From positions 74,807,229 through 74,855,583 of the forward strand of contig NC_068984.1 of assembly GCF_001194135.2 (NCBI RefSeq): a stretch of 48,355 nucleotides of DNA. Direction: 5' to 3'. The position numbers and the translations under genes are program-made. Position 1 is the stretch's first letter, and the number at the start of each line of letters is the position of its first letter. This DNA is from Octopus bimaculoides (taxonomy: Eukaryota). The notes under the pieces are model-generated. The model saw only the letters and a program-made list of their open reading frames with translations, searched no databases and was not told the origin of the DNA. This document shows, in pieces, positions 39,811-48,355 of this stretch.

Positions 39811-42203
39811 ATATATATATGAGATCAAAATAAGCAGCAAGGATATCCAGAGGTAATGTAGTACGAACGTTTTAAGCAACTCCATTTAATTGAGCAATGC
39901 AATCATTATATCAATTTAAATGCAGAACAATCCTCAGCTGCATATAGACAAAGAATTTAATTAAATTAAAACAGATGGACACATTAGTATATTTTCACCA
40001 AAAATCTCCAAAAAGGTAAGGAGATAGGCAGATAACATGCTGTCTTCACTTCAGCTTAGAAGCTACTAAGGTATCAGGAAGAAAGACTTGTTACAGATTT
40101 TGCTTGTCACTGTTTTATGGGGTCAGTTTTAATTTATAGACTAGTTTATCAAATCTTTGTATATCTAAGACCAAAACAGCAAGGAGCAATGCCTGTTAGG
40201 AAGTGGGCTGAGGGAATCGACATGAACCATAGTGGGTATAGCCATAAAAACTATCAAGATTTATTTGAAGCAATATCATGAGATTTGGTAAAGGAAATCT
40301 TAAATCAAGATGTTAGCTGACAATTAATATATATATATATATATATANNNNNNNNNNNNNNNNNNNNNNNNNNNNNNNNNNNNNNNNNNNNNNNNNNNNN
40401 NNNNNNNNNNNNNNNNNNNNNNNNNNNNNNNNNNNNNNNNNNNNNNNNNNNNNNNNNNNNNNNNNNNNNNNNNNNNNNNNNNNNNNNNNNNNNNNNNNNN
40501 NNNNNNNNNNNNNNNNNNNNNNNNNNNNNNNNNNNNNNNNNNNNNNNNNNNNNNNNNNNNNNNNNNNNNNNNNNNNNNNNNNNNNNNNNNNNNNNNNNNN
40601 NNNNNNNNNNNNNNNNNNNNNNNNNNNNNNNNNNNNNNNNNNNNNNNNNNNNNNNNNNNNNNNNNNNNNNNNNNNNNNNNNNNNNNNNNNNNNNNNNNNN
40701 NNNNNNNNNNNNNNNNNNNNNNNNNNNNNNNNNNNNNNNNNNNNNNNNNNNNNNNNNNNNNNNNNNNNNNNNNNNNNNNNNNNNNNNNNNNNNNNNNNNN
40801 NNNNNNNNNNNNNNNNNNNNNNNNNNNNNNNNNNNNNNNNNNNNNNNNNNNNNNNNNNNNNNNNNNNNNNNNNNNNNNNNNNNNNNNNNNNNNNNNNNNN
40901 NNNNNNNNNNNNNNNNNNNNNNTATATATATATATATATATTATACTATACGATATTATATTAAAGGATAGAGGACAACAAAAACCAAGGTAGGACTAAT
41001 ATCTCAAGTAATTTAGAATATTTGATTAGGGGAAGGTGAATTTGAAGTCTTACAGTTGTTTCTAGGATACTCCAAGTGATAGGCTAGCATGTATGTACAG
41101 TGGTTATTCCGTTACCAGAGACAAAGTGAGTATGTATGAAAGTTCTAGATAGGGAAATTCACAGTTTATAAAGAATAAAATAGTAGATTGAAGAATAAAG
41201 AGTAAAACAGTAGATAGAAGAAAACAGACAGGAGAATAAAGTTCACAGATTATCTTCTTTCACAAGGTATGGAGGTTGTTCCGTACTTCCGTGAAGGTAT
41301 ATTCCCTTAGGTATAATCTCTGGTTAAACCAGGCAGTACATTGGCAGTATTTTTAATGCCACGTTCATGTTGAAGGATTAGATTATGTATTTAGGTGGTA
41401 TGAAAAAGGTTCACGTGGGTATATAGAATGAGAAAGAGAGCCATCATGATAGACAGATATGGGTTGTGAGTGAGTGAGTGAGTGAGTGAGTGAGTAGAAA
41501 AGAGAGGAGAAAGAGAGAAAAGAAAGAAATGATATAGGTATAGGAAAGAATGAATGAGAGCGAAAGTAAAATAAAATAATAAAAAATAAAAAATAAAAAA
41601 AGATAAGATGTCGGTACACATCTATATAAATATATATATGCATACATATATGGAGCAAATAATTCACGAGAAAATATATGTGAACATATCATCAATTGTA
41701 AACAATTGCCTAGTGTAACATGTGCCTTCGGACGGTTGATTTCTGTAGTTATGATCGTCCATCTTTCTTTTCCTCACGTGATTATCTTTCTTTTCCTGCA
41801 GGACGTTCTAAAGACTGGACGTCTTCTATCTGACTCTTCTATCTTTTTTTCTTTTCAAAGAAAATGTTTCTCTCAGCGTTCACTATTTTCCTCCCGTTCT
41901 GGCCCAACGACCCTCCATGTTTGTTTTCGTTCGGTTTCTTTGTATGTCTCCCTGTACTTTTTTTGTTCCCTCCATAAATCCAGAATTTTATTTTGGAATT
42001 TATGGGAGTAACTGTCTTCGATGTCTCATATTGTCGTTGAATGCTCAAAATGAGAAGTAGATAGACAGCCGACAAATGATGAAGGGTCGTTCATTGTGTT
42101 GCTTTTCCTGTTTTCCATATTTTCTCTCGTTTGCGTATTTAATTCGTTTGTTTTCGTACTTCATGTTGGTTACAGAGTTGGTGACATCCTGTACCCATAT
42201 ATT

Positions 42204-42253
<50 letters not shown>

Positions 42254-43139
42254 NNNNNNNNNNNNNNNNNNNNNNNNNNNNNNNNNNNNNNNNNNNNNNN
42301 NNNNNNNNNNNNNNNNNNNNNNNNNNNNNNNNNNNNNNNNNNNNNNNNNNNNNNNNNNNNNNNNNNNNNNNNNNNNNNNNNNNNNNNNNNNNNNNNNNNN
42401 NNNNNNNNNNNNNNNNNNNNNNNNNNNNNNNNNNNNNNNNNNNNNNNNNNNNNNNNNNNNNNNNNNNNNNNNNNNNNNNNNNNNNNNNNNNNNNNNNNNN
42501 NNNNNNNNNNNNNNNNNNNNNNNNNNNNNNNNNNNNNNNNNNNNNNNNNNNNNNNNNNNNNNNNNNNNNNNNNNNNNNNNNNNNNNNNNNNNNNNNNNNN
42601 NNNNNNNNNNNNNNNNNNNNNNNNNNNNNNNNNNNNNNNNNNNNNNNNNNNNNNNNNNNNNNNNNNNNNNNNNNNNNNNNNNNNNNNNNNNNNNNNNNNN
42701 NNNNNNNNNNNNNNNNNNNNNNNNNNNNNNNNNNNNNNNNNNNNNNNNNNNNNNNNNNNNNNNNNNNNNNNNNNNNNNNNNNNNNNNNNNNNNNNNNNNN
42801 NNNNNNNNNNNNNNNNNNNNNNNNNNNNNNNNNNNNNNNNNNNNNNNNNNNNNNNNNNNNNNNNNNNNNNNNNNNNNNNNNNAGCGCCGCCTGGCTGGAG
42901 CTTGGCTGCTCTGCATTGACAAGGGGAAACACCCTGAAACTAGTCTAGTCTGCAGATGCCAAACCAGCAAGGGGAAGCTGCTGACCTCCCCTGTTCAAAG
43001 GTTATAAAGGACACAGGTTTCGTGTGTCACATAGCTAGCTAGAGGCGAATGGCTTCTTGGAGCTAATTCACGGCAGCTTTCGTCCTAATTTTGGGACTGC
43101 CATGTTGGCTTGGCGATAACTATTATATATATATATATA

Positions 43140-43493
43140 TATTTGTTTGTTTCAATCATTTGATTGCGGCTATGGTGGAGCACCGACTTTAGTCGAACAA
43201 ATCGACCCCAGGACTTATTCTTTGTAAGCCTAGTATTTATTCTATCGGTCTCTTTTGGGGACGTAAACACACCAGCATTGGTTGTCAAGCGATGTTGGGG
43301 AGGGAGCAAACAGAGACATGCAAACATATGCATATATATATGTATATATGACAGGCTTCTTTCAGTTTCCGTCTACCAAATCCACTCACAAGGCTATAGT
43401 AGAAAACACTTAACCAAGGTACCATGCAGTGGAACTGAACTCGGAACCATGTGGTTAGTAAGCAAGCTACTTATCACACAGCCACTCCTCCGC
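43140..43493 (-). mobile_element. OK-like SINE
   Basis: Reverse-complement homolog of 4713-5112. Confidence 0.8.
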
Positions 43494-43504
43494 CGTTATA
43501 TTAG

Positions 43505-43541
<37 letters not shown>

Positions 43542-43622
43542 TTCTATATTTTATAGATGAGGAATTATGTACATTATTTACATCATTTACATTTGACAGA
43601 TATTTGTCTTCTTGTTTGTTGA

Positions 43623-43668
43623 TAACACAACGTTTCGGCTGATATACCCTCCACCTTCATCAGGTTTC
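43623..43668 (-). ncRNA. Minimal type-I hammerhead ribozyme, degenerate copy
   Basis: Minus strand CTGATGA-aggtggagggtatatcagcc-GAAACGTT-gtgtt; helices I and II are partly mismatched. Confidence 0.5.
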
Positions 43669-43744
43669 TTGGGGAAATTTCGAACCTGGGTTCTCCTTCC
43701 TAAGGTATTTTTCGATGTTGTTGTTGTTGTTGTTGTTGTTATTA

Positions 43745-43771
<27 letters not shown>

Positions 43772-43782
<11 letters not shown>

Positions 43783-44335
43783 GAGTGAAGAGCAGTGCAT
43801 TCCATCAAAGTGATACTGGAGTAAAACATACGAAGCCCATTATACCCATCATGACTACCCGTCTGATAAGGGTAAACCAGGCACATGCTTCACAACCATA
43901 TGTTCGCGACATGGTGATCTCATATCAAGATAAACAGTGCATGACCTCGCAGGTGGGGCCCAGTTAGATTTTTTTTCAGATCGAGTAGCCCATCCCGCTC
44001 AAAAGGTCCCTGAATAAGGTTTGTTTAAGGATGCTGAGCAAAACACCCATCTTTCCGAAGGTGAATTATTCAAACCCCAAAGAACTCCTCTCAACACATG
44101 GCTATGATGCTCCCCCACTACTTCTGCTCGTGATCAGAGATGCACATATCGTCAGCCACCAAGGGACATGCTCAACTGGTTAAGGTCAATCAACTGACAA
44201 GCAAATCTGTGGTATTAAGCAGAATATTTGCTGTAGCCCATCTTTTATACCAAGAAAAAACAACGTACATGATAACACTTCCAATCAATTAAGATCAGAA
44301 ACCATGAGAGCCACTGCCTGATATTGCATCCGGGC

Positions 44336-44337
<2 letters not shown>
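43772..44337. mobile_element. ~570-bp non-coding insertion flanked on both sides by (TTA)n
   Basis: Interrupts the left arm of the Penelope palindrome inside its microsatellite, and is absent from the right arm. Confidence 0.55.
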
Positions 44338-44384
<47 letters not shown>

Positions 44385-44760
44385 GAGGTCACTACCTGGA
44401 AGCCAACTCGGAATCTTGGGGTTAATAGCCTGCGCTCTTAACCACTACGCTATATGCACCTGGGCAATTATGGAGTGAATTCTAGGGCTTAGGAGGTTGT
44501 TGTGTCCTAGCATATGTGCTGCTTCTTATAATTTTCGCATTTTCCAGTGGTCTTCTCTGTCTATTATTTTAACTTTATCCCACAGGGGGATCAGCTATAC
44601 CCGATTTATCAATATCTCCTCGTGTCACATCTTTGCGATTTTCCTCTACCCTTATTTTGAGGAGGCGACATGCTTCGCCTTTGTATAACCTACCACAGCT
44701 GCATGGGATGGAGTATACGTAGTTTTTGGTCATATTCTCTTCTATTGGTGGCTTTACTCG
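44385..44760 (-). mobile_element. Penelope-like element, inverted arm (GIY-YIG fragment, 3' UTR, tRNA-like segment)
   Basis: RVKPPIEENMTKNYVYSIPCSCGRLYKGEACRLLKIRVEENRK; reverse-complement homolog of ~45130-45597. Confidence 0.88.
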
Positions 44761-45770
44761 AAGGAGATTCAGGATATCCGTATACCGCAAGCCGACCTTC
44801 ACTGGACGATACCTCAACTACAATTCCCACCATCCATACAGTGTAAGGAGAGGGATTGCTCAGTGCCTAAAACATCAAGCAAAGAATATTAGTAGCGTTC
44901 GTGATACCCACAAAGAAGAAATGATGAAGCTCAGTAACAATCTATTAAGCAACAATTACCCCAAAAACATACTATCCACTCTAATTATGAAGAAAAGAGG
45001 GGATGAAACCAATAAACTATCCACAGTCAGTCTACCCTATGTGAAAGGCCTCTTCAAAAAGATACAAAATATATGCGACCCATATGACATCAGGACAGTA
45101 TTCAAGAGTAATACTTCGCAAATATGTCCGAGTAAAACCACCAGTAGAAGAGAATGTGACCAAAGACTGCGTGTAGACCATCCCATGCAGCTGTGGTAGG
45201 TTATACAAAGGCGAAACATGTCGCCCTCTCAAAATAAGGGTAGAGGAATATCGCAAAGCAGTGACACGAAGAGATACTGATAAATCGGGTTTAGCTGATC
45301 ATGTACGGAAAAATGGAGACCACCTTCCTCTGTGGGATGAAGTTAAATAGACAGAAAACACCAGTGGAAAATACGAAAACTAAAAGAAGTAGCACATATG
45401 CTAGGACACAACAACCTCCTAAGCAGACCGAGTGCAGATACGAATAGCATACGGGAACCGGTATTAAGGAAGGATAGGAAAATATTAGATTTATATGCCC
45501 TAAAATTCCATAATTGCCCACGGGCATATGGCGTATTGGTTGAGAGCCCGGGCTACTAACCCCAAGATTCCGAGTTCGATACCAAGCAGTGACCTGAATG
45601 ATAATAATGATAATAATAATAACAACAAACAACAACAACATCGAAAAATACCTTAGGAATGAAATTTCCCGAAGACACCTGATGAAGGCTGAAGGGTATA
45701 TCAGCCGAAACGTTGTGTTAACAACAAACGAGATGAGGACAAATATCCGTCAAATGTAAATAATGTGTGT
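44761..45770 (+). mobile_element. Penelope-like element, 5'-truncated (RT thumb, linker, GIY-YIG, tRNA-like segment, (TAA/CAA)n, hammerhead tail)
   Basis: ISVYRKPTFTGRYLNYNSHHP...LPYVKGL..KI, then IPCSCGRLYKGETCRPLKIRVEEYRK...SGLADHV; frameshifts present. Confidence 0.9.
45674..45719 (+). ncRNA. Minimal type-I hammerhead ribozyme
   Basis: gacac-CTGATGA-a-GGCTGA(agggtata)TCAGCC-GAAA-CGTT-gtgtt: intact core, 6-bp helix II, palindromic ACGT helix III, helix I gacac/gtgtt. Confidence 0.7.
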
Positions 45771-45880
45771 GTGTATATATATATACACGCGCGCGCGCAC
45801 GCACACACACACACATATATCTGATAAAGAACGGAGTTTTGTTCAACATACAGCTAAATATGTTTTTAAATTTTTCTCAG

Positions 45881-45931
45881 AATCCTCTGAAAATCCTCAT
45901 CAGAATATGCACGAATATAGATTATCTGAAG
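45881..45931 (+). CDS. Repeat micro-exon 8 (51 nt, phase 1-1): (E)SSENPHQNMHEYRLSE
   Basis: Acceptor tttttctcag, donor GAAG|gtaatc. Flanks (gttcaacatacagc upstream, gttaaatctcgatatatt downstream) are shared with exon 7. Confidence 0.85.
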
Positions 45932-46611
45932 GTAATCATTGTTAAATCTCGATATATTTTATTTCCTGCTTTACTAACATCTAACATACTGTATTATTTT
46001 TTTTTTTTGTGTGAGCTTATCTCTTTTGTTTGTTTTACTNNNNNNNNNNNNNNNNNNNNNNNNNNNNNNNNNNNNNNNNNNNNNNNNNNNNNNNNNNNNN
46101 NNNNNNNNNNNNNNNNNNNNNNNNNNNNNNNNNNNNNNNNNNNNNNNNNNNNNNNNNNNNNNNNNNNNNNNNNNNNNNNNNNNNNNNNNNNNNNNNNNNN
46201 NNNNNNNNNNNNNNNNNNNNNNNNNNNNNNNNNNNNNNNNNNNNNNNNNNNNNNNNNNNNNNNNNNNNNNNNNNNNNNNNNNNNNNNNNNNNNNNNNNNN
46301 NNNNNNNNNNNNNNNNNNNNNNNNNNNNNNNNNNNNNNNNNNNNNNNNNNNNNNNNNNNNNNNNNNNNNNNNNNNNNNNNNNNNNNNNNNNNNNNNNAAT
46401 GAAATGGTTTATTTCTACAGTGAATTGTACAACAGATCATATTTTAAATTATAACATAAATACAAAAAAAATAATAATAAATAAGAAGGATGAAAAAGAA
46501 AAATCAAAAAGAAAAAAGGGTTAAATGGGCAAAGCAGTAGAAGATGGAGAAGGTGAAGATGATGGGCAACACATCCAGGAAAAAATGATGTACTATTGAG
46601 CCAGAAAGGTC

Positions 46612-46755
46612 TCGCGAACTGGCAGAACTGTTAGATCAAAAAAGCAAAAAAAAAAAAAAAGAAATCCGTATTTCTTCTAGATATTTACGTCTTGAATTCA
46701 GATTCTGACGAGTCCAAGTTTGCCTTTTACCTTTTGGTGTCGATAAAATACAGTA
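46612..46755 (+). mobile_element. Degenerate tRNA-derived SINE (4140-4360 family)
   Basis: gcgaactggcagaactgttag...gaattcagattctgacgagtccaagtttgccttt...gtcgataaaata. Confidence 0.5.
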
Positions 46756-47589
46756 ACAATCAAATCCTTCCGTGCATCAATCGACGAACCCTTTTTTTTT
46801 CCGAAAAGCGCTCCTCTCCCAGGTAAATCAGAAACCATCATTTAGTGAAGAAAAGATGCCATACAGCGTATAATTTCGGTTCTGTGTCCAAATATTTCCA
46901 GAGTAAACTTTGCTTGTTAGCCTTCGGTGACGGATAAAGTGATGTGACAACCAAATATTTCTAGTCGATTAGATTGAGCATTCTATCCGAGCAAATTTCT
47001 GGTATTTTGTCTATATACGAACTTTTCCAAAAGGAAAAGAATGTTGAAATGTATAGTTCTACTATGATTTCATAAAGGTCTAAGTTGACTGAATACCATT
47101 ATGCACACTCGGGCGAAACTCAGGGTGTGCATATATATATATATATAGATATATATATTCATAATTTGAGTGGAGGCAATACGAGCGGAAAACTAGAGGA
47201 ACATGACATATTATCCAGCAGAATATTCAATATATATGCACACTTAGTACGACATTAATAAAGCGACATAAAGCTCAACTTAATAGAAGTGTTAATAACA
47301 TACAAGCATATAGACATTTATATATATATTTTTATATACGCCCGCAAATATCTAAAAATATTTTAAAACATTTATAAATACATAGGCATTTTAAAAAATA
47401 TATAAGTAAAATAAGTACATAATAAGATATAAAAGCGTCGATATTATATAAGACATAGTGAATTATAAATTCCTATGATATACTATAGAGAAATAAAAAT
47501 TTAGAGGTCACAGCACAAGCACATAGAGTATTTAAAAATACTTAGATATTTAAAAATACATAAAAATATCTCGAAATACTAAAGAGTAG

Positions 47590-48355
47590 GTTTATTCAGT
47601 AAAATCACTGCTGGCTTCAATCGCGGCCTCCATACTGCTTTGGAATCTCGTGCAACTCTTCTGAACGGTCTCCTTGTTTAAGTTGGTGAATGCTACAATA
47701 ATCCTTGCCTTCAGTTCATCTTTGGTGATACAAGGGGTTTTGTTGGTCTCTCGCATGACTGCGCTCCACACATAATAATCAAGGGGGTTGTTAGTTGGCC
47801 AGATGTTAAGGGTGATGTGGTTGCAGAAATTGTCTGACAGCCATGAGTGGGTTCTCCTGCTTGTGTGGAATGGGGCAGAGTCCTGTTGCCAGACATAGGA
47901 TCTTCCAGCAGCCACCTTCTTGACCCAGACTACCTCCCCCAGACACATGAAGTAGGACTCTGTGTTGGGTCTGAGGCCATGTGGGAAGATGAATGGGGGT
48001 ATGAGGTTGCCATCATAAGTGATCACTCTAAATACTATGATGATGACTGGATGTTTATTTTTTATCACTCCCGGTACATGTCCTCAGATTGCACTGTCCT
48101 CAGATTGCACTGTCCTCAGAGTGATACCAAAACACTCTGAAGTGTCCGCACTGGAGCTTCCGGCGCGAATGCCAAATAGTACAGTATGTCTTTTCCAAAT
48201 TTCTGGCTGAGTGAAATGCGTCATGGTGTTGTTCTTCTCATAGATGGCGCCCAACTGACCCTAACACACTGTGTAGCCGACAAAATCAAAAACAAACAAT
48301 GCATATGAGCGAAATAAAAAATATAAAATGACAATTTACCCATCACACCCTGTAT
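47590..48355 (-). mobile_element. Internally deleted maT/DD37D-like transposon, 5' TIR at the window end
   Basis: Minus strand begins TA-CAGGGTGTGATGGGTAAATTG. ATG at 48224 (MTHFTQPEIWKRH...) is joined by a deletion to the catalytic half WQQDSAPFHTS...WP..NPLDYYVW. Confidence 0.85.

Noticed and set aside
39830-42080. Possible LINE relics (L1/CR1/RTE-like) on the minus strand around the gap
   Set aside because: Too degenerate; no diagnostic motif could be read confidently, so they are not annotated.
42883-43110. GC-rich segment resembling a retroelement 5' UTR
   Set aside because: Truncated by the gap, with no ORF or recognisable ribozyme to support a call.

Overview
Eukaryotic draft-assembly window, roughly a tenth N gaps, AT-rich and saturated with microsatellites. 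The tRNA-derived SINE families, Dong/R4, Penelope and Tc1/mariner relics are of the kind typical of octopus genomes, so the organism call (cephalopod) is an inference. Nearly all ORFs in the supplied track are microsatellite or gap artefacts, or transposon relics. The main hidden structure is a + strand array of eight paralogous micro-exons (20394-20429, 22285-22341, 26877-26933, 27827-27883, 35532-35576, 37045-37089, 39159-39218, 45881-45931), each inside a duplicated intronic unit. All are multiples of 3 long, phase 1-1 and have AG acceptors. Seven have GT donors and are open; the fourth has a GC donor and an in-frame stop. A candidate unique exon lies upstream at 13193-13264. Spliced, they encode a His/Ser/Asp/Glu/Gly-rich low-complexity protein. 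Every junction codon is Glu and completes casein-like SSSEE / S-x-E motifs, suggesting an SCPP/casein-like phosphoprotein gene growing by exon birth and death. Its start and end exons are not identifiable here. Secondary highlights are a ~2.2 kb palindromic Penelope structure carrying tRNA-like heads and minimal hammerhead ribozymes, Dong/R4 LINEs in (TAA)n arrays, a near full-length Tc1 with paralogous empty sites, and head-to-head mariner ends.
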